This document shows, piece after piece, positions 28,201 to 41,200 of a stretch of 64,000 nt of DNA (positions are counted from its first letter, which is position 1; every line of letters begins with the position of its first letter). Made by a program: the position numbers and the translations under genes. The stretch comes from Balanoglossus misakiensis (lineage: Eukaryota; Animalia; Hemichordata). The notes under the pieces were generated by a model. The model ran no database searches, was not told where the DNA came from, and saw nothing but the letters and a program-made list of their open reading frames with translations. The stretch covers positions 7,567,129-7,631,128 of the forward strand of contig CM082576.2 of assembly GCA_040954595.2 (NCBI GenBank), written 5' to 3'.

Positions 28201-31200
28201 CAGACAAATGTGTCTCTTTCTACAGAATGTCCAACGGCTTGACTTTAGCCCTTTCACCCCCAGTTCCCTCTTTAGAGGTCCAACCTCACCACAGAAAACC
28301 ATGGGTTTGGACTGAACCATGGTGGTGAAAGGGTCAATCAACTCTAAAGCAGTCATTGCCAGAAAGAATCCGCTAAGATGCAACCTGTTGCTATTGGTAA
28401 CCGTGACAAAGTGGGTGTCTCCCACAATGCACCCTGGCACAATCAGCACATCTATCTTATTAGCCATTCAAGGATAGCAGGAATCTTTTAAAAAGTCAAT
28501 AAAATATAAATGTTCTCTTCTGACAAGCAGAAATCAATACACCAGATGTTAATAGCTGAATAAGTTCCTGTTCATTGTAAACACAACAGAACCATGCCAC
28601 ATTAAAAACACCACTATACAAATGAAGAAAATGCCTGTTTGTTTAACATAATCTTTTATGTTCATTTTACATAACAGCATTTCCAATCAGACATGATTTA
28701 GTTTTGTTCTCCATGACGGCTAACAAGAAATCATCCCTGGGAAATAATGGCGGATAAAAATTTGAATAGCATGAAAGAAACTCACCTGTTTTTCCCTTTG
28801 GCTGTCTCCTGTAAACCGTCCACTTGTTGATGGAAGTCAAACACTGCACACAAAGAAATAAAACTGGTGATCAATAATGAATAATCCAATTCATTGCATT
28901 TTACCTCTTTGTGGGACAGGATATATAAAAGTTGTATTTGATATCAAAATTGAAGTCATCAATGAATTAAAATTTAACACAAAAACAGGATTGATATCAT
29001 TCCAGGGAGAAAACAGACCACTTGTTTTCGAATGGAAGGAATGAAACACTGTGTAAAATTGGATAAGACCCCAGTTCTGAGTTGAATAATTAAAGCAATT
29101 AATAATGGATGCAGCAACACTAGTTGTATGATGATGGACACAGCTAACACACATTTTTGCTTCCCACTCGCTGGTAACTAAGACTGTAACAAAAGAGCTG
29201 CTTGCACTGAATGGCTTCTCAATGCCCAAGTTCTTGTAATTAGCTCAGCAGAGTTCAACAACATAAAAAGACAAACAGGTAGATGATTAAACGATTTTTT
29301 TAAACACTAGTTTTCAGTGATACGACAACAACTATTGGGAATTGCGCTTCCTTTAATCCTTTCAATCGTTAATTCTTATCGTATTTCCTACGTTAAATTT
29401 GAATTATTTTTACATTTGAACTTTTTAGCTTGCACTGTAAGACGATGACATTTCCATATTTCAATTCCCACAACAAAACAGGAAAGTAAACTCTTCCATC
29501 TTAAGACTTACCAAGATGGGCACGGTCAGAAAGTATTAGTCTCTTTTCCCAGTTTTCAATGTTGTTGTTTTTCAGCTCATCAAAGAGTCCAGGTAGATGT
29601 ATAACAACACCGTTGCCTGGGAAACCAATTGAGAAAACAATTTTTTCGTTACATGCATAAGAAATGTACACAGACACCAATTTCACAGTCACGTGTATGT
29701 TGAACATTCACTCCCATGCAATTCCATGAAACATACGTTACCTATCACGTTGATGCAGTTTTCATTGATGAATCCACTGGGCAGCAGATGGAATATGTAC
29801 TCCTTGCCACCGGCCACCACTGTGTGCCCTGCATTGTTACCACCCTGCAATTCAACGAGACGTAAAAATATCAGACCACCAAGTCCGAATGTTTACCACA
29901 GCGAAGCGTTTTGTTAAAAAGATTCTACATCTTCTTCAAGAATCTCCATACTAAAAATAACAACAAAACAGTTCACATCAGGTGGCAAAAACTTTTTTTT
30001 ATTTTAATGATACAGATACGGAATAAATTCTTACTTATTGATGGCGGATTTTGAATACGCCCCATTAAAAATTTACATTCACAAATATCCACCACATAAT
30101 CTGTGTCTGTCTTTCCTGTCACGTTCGACATGTCATCACATGTAATCCCTTTCACTCTCAATGTAATTATTATAATCCATTCACTTTTCATAACTTCACC
30201 ACTATTATAGTGCAGAATAATTACAAACCTTCCTGACAAAGAGGAAACACCAAACAATGGAATCACAGGTACATTATGATTTTTCTCATAACATTAATAA
30301 TGCCATACTGTGAACCCTTTCAACCCAATTTCCTGTAAAGCAGTTCCAACTGTACCATAATGAGTTCAACGAAACTAGGACGGTAAACTTCAGGGGGAGG
30401 GGCAGTCAATGACACTGACATGTCTGGGACCTAACCATTACGTGTACTGGTACCAAAGAAGTTACCTGCAGAGCACATAATAATCTTCCCCAATTTTTTT
30501 TATGGTCACAATTGATTACATTCTTTTTAACAGACATTTACAGCTGTTCTTATAAGTGCTTTTATGCCAGAACTGAAGTAAAGAGAGAACAATTTTGTTG
30601 AAGAGATCCAATGTTAGCAAACAAAAACCTGGCTGACCAATATAACTCTACTGTTGACTTTGCCACGTACAAGAGAAATGTTTCTGAAACATTTTGTACA
30701 TCAAACCTAGCAGTTGACTGTTGGGTTTTTTACAAAGGCAGTTTTTCATTAATTGAAAAAATACACACGTAATGGTTTGTGAGAAGTTTAAGTCTCCAGA
30801 ACTGACCAGCCTATCTGACGATTTCAGAAGTTCAGACCCAACAAATGATTCATAAAGACACTGCATAAGGATCATGACTGCCTGCATCAGACAATGTTAC
30901 TTTAGTACATCTTCCCTGGTAGACTTTTCACTGCATTTAACAAGCAACATAACAAATACCCTACACAATACCAAGAGTCTGACAGTTATATAATCTGGGT
31001 TGGAAACCGCAATGCATGACAATAAGAAGAGCCACGGACTTTCATTATGACTGTACACTCATTTGCAAAAATGTCTATTTGACAATGTTTGTACACAAAT
31101 TCAATGTGGACATACAAAATAAGAATTTTCTGGGTGTTGAAGCACTGTGTAAGGCCATGGAGGAAGAATTTAGAAAGGAACGTTATATTAGTGTCTCCCC

Positions 31201-31993
31201 CCCCCCTTTTTTTTTACCTCCATGGTAAGGCGTAGCCTTGCCTGGCTGCAGTACCGTGGTTTTGCCTGTGTAGGCTGTAACTGTAACCCCCCCCCCCCCC
31301 GCATCAGCAAAACAGAGTCAAGGCACTGTAACTAGGGCAAGACGAGCCGGGGGGGGGGGGCTGGCACAGAAAGCTCTCCTTACAACTATCGGTCAGACGA
31401 GATATAGTCGACGCTCGAAATCGTCAACTATCTATCTATCGATACTATATTAATGCTATAACTAGTTACAGCTCAGCTTAGCTAAAGGTCAGCGATGACA
31501 AGTACATACTACGTCATCTTGCACTCGCCCTTTCCCGGCGGGCCGGTTTCCATGTATGGATACCGGGTACCGGGCAATTCGCACGGATAGATGATCGATC
31601 TGCAGCCATCACAGGTTCCCCGAGTTACCCCAACCCTACCCTCCCATCGGCTGGTACCAATTTCATGAAAATAAGAAGACCAGCACGCCCTAATAAAACT
31701 CGATTACCGAGTACCACGTGCAGTATTGGGCACGTCATCCACGAGTGTTGCGTGTTGCATGTTGCTGAGTGGATATCGAATGGAATACATACCGCACACC
31801 GACAGACCAGATCGGCCTCTTCGGCAAGCATATCCACCACTTTACCCTTGCCTTCGTCGCCCCACTGGCAGCCGATGATCACGGACACCTTATTTGGTAC
31901 ATCTTCCTTCATTTTCTTCCTCAGATGATCGTTTTCTGTGATGCCGTTTTCGGTAGGACAACTCTTTGTACTTGCACTGCCTGTGGCCGCCAT
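25240..31993 (-). CDS. ADSS: Adenylosuccinate synthetase (PurA family); 12 coding exons
   Basis: Exons 31993-31793 ([15 protein letters not shown]-loop), 29844-29742 ([10 protein letters not shown]...FHLLPSG), 29616-29512, 28843-28786, 28170-28063 ([12 protein letters not shown]), 27907-27826, 27475-27349 ([14 protein letters not shown]), 26752-26598 (TYPYVTSS...[10 protein letters not shown]), 26369-26245 (RRRRCGWLD), 26134-26037 (TKLDVMD), 25816-25667 (LPGW...LPPNAQNY) and 25292-25240 (WIGVGKSR). Start chosen at AAGATGGCGGC; an in-frame upstream ATG at ~32077 is possible. Confidence 0.97.
28246..28336. mobile_element. Copy of the ~90-bp piggyBac-like MITE, in an ADSS intron
   Basis: TTAGCCCTTTCACCCCC...GGTCCAACC...GAACCATGGTGGTGAAAGGGTCAA, with near-identical ends to 7992-8084. 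Confidence 0.72.
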
Positions 31994-33549
31994 CTTCGCG
32001 CGTTTAGTAGTGTTCGAACCCGGCTGCGATGCGCCTGCGCTGCTGCGTGAAGACTGGCCGTCATTGACCCACGACATAGTGCGTATGTCTGCTAATTTAT
32101 TCACTCCCCCCCCCCCCCCATTAATGATCGGTAATAGAGTTGGCTGTTCACAATACCCGTTTTTAAATAAAAACAAATGAATATAGTATTATGGTAAATA
32201 AAAAAATTCGAATGCATTTATTGATAATGATAAAGGGCGTGGTACGGGCCATGTCGTGCTTTGAAGAAGTGAATTTGTTCTTGCCAAAGCTTGAAACACG
32301 ATTTAACATTACCGGAGGTTTGGGAACGAGAGCGATTGATTTAATTCGTTAAAATTAACAAATAAATTCATTTTTAAAAAAGTGCCGATGAAGTTGGAAG
32401 AGCAACTGGTGAAAGTAAGTCCCATGATAATAAACAGAAGAATTTGATTGACTTTGTTTTTCTGGGGAAAAGTATCTTACACATCATAACCCACCTGTTA
32501 ATTTGTTTATATGAATTGAAAAATATTATGACTAAAACTGCAGGGTTTTTATATGTCACTCTAAATGGTCTACTTTCACTATTAGGTATTTTCTGTGGAA
32601 CGGGACAATTATTACCACAGCCGATATAAACATGACCGTGTTTCCGACAGTTTAATCGTAAAACAGTGAATTTCGACAGTACTTCCCCCGACGATGTCCA
32701 AAGGTTTACACATAGGCCAAGTACGATGCGCTTAATTTAATTAAAATAGTTGTGCTGTAATGTCTGTGATTAGAAATAGCAGCTATCTGCAGTGACCAAA
32801 CACTGCTCTGCACTTACAATGAAAAACTATGTCGATGTCGCCATTCTTTTCGGAAATGACGACAGCAGCAATGTTCTCTCGTGATATCAACTGTTTCCAT
32901 GACGACTTATTCCGGATGTGTTTTTTTCCAAACGTCATCGGTTTATATTACACAATGATTTGCATGGCAGTAACTAAAGAATCAATACAAAATCACGATA
33001 ACATAAAAGGCTGGCGATTTTTAATTATTTAAATGAGTACATAAGGAAATACGAATTGTTTTGTGATTCCTGAACTCTACTAACGACGGAAGACAGGAAG
33101 CCAAAATATGAAAGCTTCGGCATAGCATTTACTGTATATATGTTTTGTGTGTCGAAAGTGATACGAGTAATTTCATTTTAGTGTTCACATGTCGTGAATC
33201 TATCTTTCTGATAGTCTGAACCTGCTGGTCATTAGAATATAGCTTTTGTTGCCTTTATTTCATGTTTTATTTCGTTTTAATTGTTAAAAAACATACTCAT
33301 GTGCCGACGTGCGTATGAGTTTTTTCCATTAGATGTACCCAACCAAGTGTGGTCAAAATATACCGTGGGTGGCGCTGTAACTCCGACTACATGGATGCCA
33401 TAGATGCAACAGGTGTGGACGTCTTTCACCGAGACAATGAAGAAAGCACTGGTGTTAATATCACCCGCTGTAATAATCTGAAATTGTTCACCAGCAGAAA
33501 TCTGATGGTATCATTGTTGATCGCAACTTTCACATCATGTGACACGCAG

Positions 33550-33943
33550 ATTGGTCAAACAGAAAATCAATCACAGGCAACAGTTTTTGTGGGAATCCTG
33601 CGGGTCAGGTGCAACTATTCATCCCAACCTCCAATCATATCCCCCGCTCCCCCTGATAGAATAACATGTTAATCTGCATTTAAATTGTTGCACGTACAGC
33701 AAACAATAGAGACTCTCCGATGATTGGCCGCCGCGGACATTCATCACTATGCGTTTGCATTTTGTGGTACGAACCAGGTGGGCTAGTGGTCCCTCATTTG
33801 AGGGTCTGTGCTGGCATGTGTGTTCGTGGCTATAAAAGCAGCAACGACACGCTGGGGTCTTCACAACTGCGCTGGCTAATATCGAGAAACGTGAAGAGAC
33901 TGATCTGTTATTCGAAGAAGGTAAGGCCGTGGAACTTTCCCGC
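33550..33943 (+). promoter_or_regulatory. Core promoter and non-coding first exon of the cyclin gene
   Basis: CCAAT/ATTGG boxes at 33550, 33631 and 33723; TATAAAAG at 33831-33838; short exon ending AAG|GTAAGG at 33920/33921; E2F-like TTTCCCGC at 33936-33943. This layout is typical of cell-cycle genes. Confidence 0.55.
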
Positions 33944-34166
33944 GCACAATCTTTCACATGTTGCAGGACCAGCATTGAATTTATGTTCCTTTGAAACGAT
34001 GTATTCATCCTACTTTTTCTATACATGTACACGTTAACACTGCTGGAGCCGAACACGGTGGATTGAGAAAATGTAATCATGAAGGTAACTTTGTTCGTAC
34101 TAATCGCTCGTCGAATTTCGTTTCAGATTTTTTTGTTGCAGGGAAACTTTTGAGAATCCGATAAAG

Positions 34167-36947
34167 ATGTTGCGAAGTGGACGTACACGTATGAACATTG
34201 CCTTTGGCAAGCAGGCTGTCGGCCTGAAGAAGACACAGAGCGATATGAAAATGGCGACTGATAGAAACGCCACAAAGCCGGTGAGTTTCTGAACAACTTT
34301 TGTCGAATGTTCCGGGTTATACAGGGAAAAATAATCGAGCGCAGTTTCTTGACATGGTTTTAAATTAAAGCCTCTACTTTCGTGACAGTGTATAATACGG
34401 GCACGTCTCGTACTTGTGAACTATAGGCAGTGTTGTCTAGATCTGCATTGCACAGCCGGCAATTTTCCTCGACCGACAGTAGATTTGTAAAACGTTCTCT
34501 CTACGTTCTCGTTCATGCAGCAGAGGCGAGGACCGTTTTCTATCACCAACCTACCCGCCGCCGAAGTCGAGAAGAAGAAACCATTCGTCAGACAACAAAA
34601 TGGTTGTGTTCAGAAATCATTCAAACGTGAGTAACATTTAAATACCTCGATTGGTCGTGGTTTTTCACCCCCTGTGAAAGTTGACTTGTTCAATCATCCA
34701 CAAGACTTGCACATTTTATTGCATTGCATGTATATATTTTTTGGGAATGTTTTTACCGAATATCAATTTCCCCGCCAGAAACCAAAGATGTTGAAATGCC
34801 CTCTGAATCCAGGGATGTCGAAATGGTAAAGGCTCGCTCCGATGTCACTCCTGTTGCCGTCAGCCGTCCTGTTGACAAAGTCAAATCATCGCCAAAGTTC
34901 TGCCGTAACGCCGATAGTACAGACGTCGATTTCGCCGAATATGCTGATGACGTATACAATTATCTTAAGGTGAGACTGCATAAAAATTGGTTGTGTATGA
35001 AAAAGATGCATTTTCAGAAATCGTTCCAAATTGTGCGATATTATATTTCAAAGCCAGTTTTTGAACTTTCAGAAAGCCACACCCAAGTATTAAACTTTCT
35101 CTCGGCTACTTGTAATCCTATATGCTTGGGTTCAGCGTCGGACCGAATCGAATTTTCCCTTTTCTGCACGAGTAAGCCTTCTCCGCAGAGTCTCGACATG
35201 ACCTCATTCCCTCTCAAATCTTGTACATCCACGCAGCGAATGGAACACAAGACGTGTCTGCCTGACACTTTTTTGAATGGTGACAACGATTATACAAGAC
35301 TGAGGAGAGCCATTCTTCTGGACTGGGTGATTCAAGTACAGGTAGGCCTAACGCATCATTTTTAAGTTTCCCATTTTTCATTTTCTTTAAGTGCCTTGGC
35401 AATTGCCTTCTTACTAATCATTCAATCGTTCTACATGTATTTCACACCCCAGTGCCATTTGCATCTACATGATGAAACTCTCCACTTGGCCGTGACCATG
35501 ACGGACAGATTCCTCAGCCTTGCTACCGTCCCTCTCGACAAGTTGCAATTATTGGGCGTCACCTGTCTTCTGGTCGCTTCTAAGATTGAAGAGAGGTACC
35601 CTCCCGACGTAAGTATATGGACATCGTCTCCTAAACCCATATCGGCGTGTACCTACAGATCTTAAATTTAGATTTTTTTTGTCGTCACTTCAGTGTGGTG
35701 TTGCCAAGGATTTTAGCCTAGTATATTGTATTCTTTCCCCGCAGGTGGAGATGTTGTGTTTCTTGACCAACAACACCTACAAGAAATCTGCCGTGTTACA
35801 AATGGAGATGATCATTCTGAGAACGCTGGCATTCGACTTCTGCCTCCCAACGCCCGTGCAGTTTTATGATCTCTACACCACTTCCAAGGCTTTCGACGTT
35901 TCTGACGAATCTAAAGCAGAAGTAAGTTTTCCAAACGCCTGCCTATGAACGCCACTTTTCCTCGTGATCAGTATAGTTGATCGTTGTCCTCATCGACATT
36001 TTTTCTGAGTAATGATTAATATCGGAAGGTTAAGATATAATTTGATATTTGACTGTTTGGAAGTGTTTGGAAGTACTTGGAAAACGATATATCAACTTTA
36101 CACCTCACCAAGGTGCTTTTCTTTGACGAGTACTCGGTTAACGAACAATATATTGGCCAACGTCTTTTGGAATACATGGACGTAAATCGCACTCTGGCTA
36201 TATAATATCCCTTTCCCGACTGCTGACTAACCAGACCCCGTATCTTTTTCAGATGATGAAGAATCTTGGAAAATACATACTGGATTTGGGCATTTGCAAT
36301 AAACACGTCTTGGCTATCCCGCCTTCCCAGCGAGCGGCAGCGGCCCTGGCATTGGCCACTAAAATACTGGCGGGCAACAATACGACGTCATCTCCCGCCT
36401 GGACACCTGCTCTTGCCAACACCACGGGATATGTGGAGGCGGCATTGTTGCCTTGCATGGAGATATATGCCACTCTACTGGCTAAAGCTCACCGCTCCAA
36501 ACAACAGGTACGACATGGTATTCAATATACCTGAAAATGTTGCATAAAGTAATAGTACATAAAGATCTCGCATCCTTGAGAAAAATTTTGAACGGCTAAT
36601 ATTGTCTTAAGTTAAAAAGCTAGACAATTTTAAGGTAGCTCCACGCGAGTTATTAATTCAAAATTGCGAAAAAAGATGCACCAACTAAATTCGCCCCGTA
36701 GTTTTTAGGGGGACAACTTGTAAACGATGCAAATTTGTTGCCCGACTTTTGGATGTCGCGCTTATAAATTTTTCTATGCCTCTCCAGCGAATGTACTAGA
36801 TTCTCACCTTCCATGTTTCCCGTTGCATTGCAGGGCGCAAGAGCGAAATACAGCAGCATCTCCGTTTACGGTGGTTTGAGTCAACTACCACTCGTCACCA
36901 AATCCCCAGTGGTCAGACAGTTGGTCATGGCGGGTGCACAGGTTTAA
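34167..36947 (+). CDS. Divergent A/B-type cyclin (possibly cyclin P/CNTD2-like)
   Basis: Exons 34167-34280, 34521-34626, 34779-34969 (EYADDVYNYLK), 35237-35341 (RRAILLDWVIQVQ), 35453-35608 (ETLHLAVTMTDRFLS...KLQLLGVTCLLVASKIEERYPP), 35745-35921 (LTNNTYKKSAVLQMEMIILRTLAFDFCLPTP), 36253-36507 (PPSQRAAAALALA...WTPALANTTGY) and 36834-36947. Both cyclin boxes are present and the frames are consistent. Confidence 0.92.
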
Positions 36948-38277
36948 ATGGAGCCGTCCAGGGAGATGCCCCACATTTTAGGACCATTGAAGATTTGCTG
37001 GTAATTCGAATGCAAATGGCCTAATTTTGTGGAAATTTATTTCGCCATGATCAAAAATGGGACCTGAAACGTGACTGCGTAATGTTTCCATTTTTTTTTT
37101 GGAAACTTGCACAACGCCCTTTTTTCTCTAGGGGTTCGCCGGCCAATGACAATTTCCCCTTCCCCCGCGGGCGGGGGCTTTCTGAATACGATTTAATATT
37201 TACCAGAGCAGGTTGTTTTTGTACATTTTGTAAAAAGACTACACTAACATTTGAAATCCCCTAACAAATGTACAAAGTGTATAGAACTAATGTTTCGTCA
37301 TGTTCCTAACGTTTTCTTGTTCTCTGGCCACGTTTGTATTTGTTTCTGCGGCCATTTCATTTGCGTTCATTTTTTGAATTTCCAAATCGCTGTTCGAGTT
37401 TGAAATTCATCGTTGGTTTTCGGTTTTAACTAATGTGTACATATGGTTTTCGTTTCACCAAACTGCTTTCGTTTGTCTGTATATATGTAAAAAGGCAGTT
37501 TTACTAACGGTTTTTGTTCCAGCTGTTTTGAGTGTTGACTGCGTTTTCTGATTTTTGAATGTTTGCAGTTGTATTTAAAAGCATATTCAATATTATTTTT
37601 AGCCAACACTTTCGAGAAACTGTACAGACGCTCTAATCACTAACAAGCCTGACTTTTATCAGGAACAATGTGAATATGTACAAAGAAGAAAAAGTTTATT
37701 ATATCGAGAGTGATTTATACTAAGAGTTATATATTAATAGTTTATCTTGAGTGGATTGTTATGTTCCAAGTTTGTCAGTTTCGTAAAGTTGGTTACATTA
37801 TATACTCAATAACAAATAAAAAAAAAATATTCTAAAATTACCGAGTTTTCTTCCCCATTGTCGGCAATTCGTTGAATTATGCATCTTGATTGACATAGAG
37901 GGCGCACTGTTAGTTGGCCAACCCTCTATTTAGCTGAAAAGGGTATTATAGGAACTAGTACTTTAGCACTGGTGATTTTAGTTGTATATGTACACTTGAC
38001 TACCTTATCAAACCAACAGACGTTCATCTTGACCATCAAAAAGTACTTTATTACTTTGAAAATGGAGAAATTATTTTTTCTCCCAAACGGATACAAAATC
38101 TGAAAACAGTCTCTATTGCACATAACCATACCAACTGAAAACTCATCTCTGAAGGGAATTGATTGTATCTTCAATGAAAATATTCTCAATTTCATGACGT
38201 ATTTACAGCTTAAAACCTAAACTCATTTTTAAAGCTTTAAAAAATGCAGTTTGCTTCGTCACGTGACGAAGCATACT

Positions 38278-41200
38278 TCAAAGTGTATTGAGGCAAGCAT
38301 GTTGCGGTTCGGAACTGATAAATTTTTCACATTCTGCTTCTGTGAGTAACCTCGCACAGAAATCGGTATCCAACGGACGAGGTTTGCTCAGTTTTTTCTT
38401 CTTTCCTTTTGACATTTCATAAAACTAGAGGGAGCAAAAAAAAATTAAAATTAGAGATGAGAGTGTACAACAAAGTTCTAAAAATTGATGTACTCTAACG
38501 CATGGCAAGAGATCAATCCCACTATCGATAGTAATAATTGAACTGGTGAGTGAGAGGAAAAAACTGCACTGGTGGACTTACCTGTAGGTTATTGTTTTCA
38601 CACACTTCAAATTTATATGGTTTTTGCTTTTGTCCACTTCGACGGACAACACCGTACAGGCTGAACTGCTGACCCGAGTTCTAATGATGCAAAATGGTGA
38701 CACCAAAACTTTTTAGAGCAACATATACCGGTAGTAAGAGCAGAAGTAAACATCGTAATTTACATGCTACCGGTACTTGGCATGAAAGTAAAGTGTAATT
38801 GTGAGAACTATGAAAACATTAGATCACTGGTCTAGTCTTTTCAACTCGTGATATGTCACAGCCGTACCTCGATTTGTTTGTGTGTTCCCCTCAGATTCAG
38901 ATACACCTTTTCAGATTGTGACTTCCCTGAAGCTGCTTGGCTCTTGTGTTTTCTGCTGCCCTTCCCTGTGAGAAAAAAATGAACACCACAGTGACTTCAA
39001 GAGCCAAAATTACTCTCTTCAGACCAGTATAATTTTCTGACAAGAAAACCAGACCACAAGCAACAACCATCTCACCTGATGTTCTTGATGACGAGCTTGC
39101 TCTGGAGTCTGTAGAATCTCTCCTTTGTTTCTTGGATGTTGGATGGAGTAGATGCTGCAGCTGAGTGGAATTTTCTATCGACTTGGCAATGCCTTTTCCC
39201 TTGCTCTTTGAGTTGGCTGTAACTGGCTGTAGCCTTTCAACTGTCATGTCACAGAAGATGAAAGATGAACGAGTGAATTCAATGAACTAAAACGTTTCTT
39301 AATTTGGAGTGTTTTTTAAATGTATGAAGTGATGGACAGGCACATGCTACTTAGTAGTTTAACGTTGACCAGGGACACTAATTTTTACTAGCGCCACCAA
39401 CAACCAAAATGCAGATTCAACTAGAGCTTGAGTCTCTTTCCCGCATAGCACTTTTTATCTGCTGTTTCATTCTAACTTCCTGTAAGATGTTTGTTGTAGG
39501 TGACTCCAAGGATGCTGACAAAACCCACTCACCTTCTTCATCAGAGAAAGTTCCCAGAGTTTCTTTGCTCCTGTCACTCTTTCGCTTATTTTCATTTTTG
39601 TCCCTGAATTCTGACGCCACATATCCATTTGCATTCTCCAACCTTTTTGGCACCTGTTGCAAAACAATGGAATATACACGATAAACTAAACCCTGTTTAC
39701 CTTATACATTTCTAGCACACATAAAAGTAATTATAGATAAGATGAACAATTAAGTTACCTTTGACATGCATCTTCTAACTAAGGCAACGACTGAAAAATA
39801 AATAGGAAAGTTTGAAGTTAGAATCCTATCAACATGAAACATAGAGACTGGACAGAGCTCTTTTATACTGTTTCTTACATACCGGTACACTCATTTGAGT
39901 GAAATTTGTTCCATAACAATGCAACAAAACACAATGTGGAAGTTATACATGCGGCTGTTTTCAAGTGTTTTGCAGTAGACACACACACACACACACACTG
40001 GCTGATAAGCTCTGTTGCCATTGTGAAGATTGTTATTTCATGATATACAGATTTATTGCAATATTACAAGGGTTGCCTGAGATCTACAGAAACATAAGTG
40101 ACCTGTGCAGAGAGAGAAGGGGCATAGCTTTTATGGTTAGCTCGTGTTTTTCCCCCACATAGATGCTAAGAAATGCTCACCTAGAAGAAGTAGAAGGAGT
40201 ATTAGTGTTGCTAGGATACCATGGATGTGAGTTAAACTAGAGAAGTCATGCAGTGATTCTGCCACCAGTGTTAAGTACTGCGTAACTTCATTCAATGTCT
40301 GTGCTGTGCTGTCAGCTACCTGATCCCGGCTGTCATCGTTGTCGTGATTTCCATTTTTGGAAACCTCTGCTTGCCCGTTGCTCTCTGTTTCACAACTGTC
40401 CCTTTCACAGTTTGTACCCTCCTCATTACGAGTCTGTTCTGTTTCTTCACTATCGACTTCATCCTTTGTCACTTCAGTCCTGAGCACAATCTCTACCAAG
40501 TAGCTATAGTTGTGGGGATACTGATAGACCAGTGAATGACTCCCTGGGGATCTGACATCCTTACTCAAATTTGTCTCTAACAAGTCTCCATAGAAACCAG
40601 CAAAGTATCTTCCCTTCTTGCCTTGGGCCATTTCATTCTGAAACAGCAAAGAACCGGCATTTTATTCCTCAGATTTAACACATTGGCATAGTCACGTTAA
40701 GTCTAATTTTACCTTCACACATCGAAACTGATCGGTGACATAGTATATTTGACACAATTATTGACCATCATATTTCTAGGATTTTCTGCGCTTACCACAT
40801 CATGGAACCACGCATCATATGGCTGGTTTTCCAAACAGGTCATGAGAGGTTTATTGCAGGGGTCCTCTTGATTGATGAATGCTTGGTATGACACTCCCAT
40901 CTTGTTGCACTGGCTGCCATCAGTGACAATGTCCGACTTGTTCACCACTAAATATTCATAAGCACCAAGCTAGGAAAACAAGAATTATGGATGCTTTTAG
41001 ATCATCAAATTTGTCTCAAATTAAAAGTGCTACTTGGCAAAGGGGATTATTATCAAACTTCGTTATAATGAAGTGTCCAAATCATTCTTAATATGCATGC
41101 AAAAATGTAAATACAGGTTTGGTACAACACATTTACTTACTTGTGTTTGAGGGTCACCTGGCTGGACAGTGGATGATGGGTCTGGTATTAGAACTACTTT

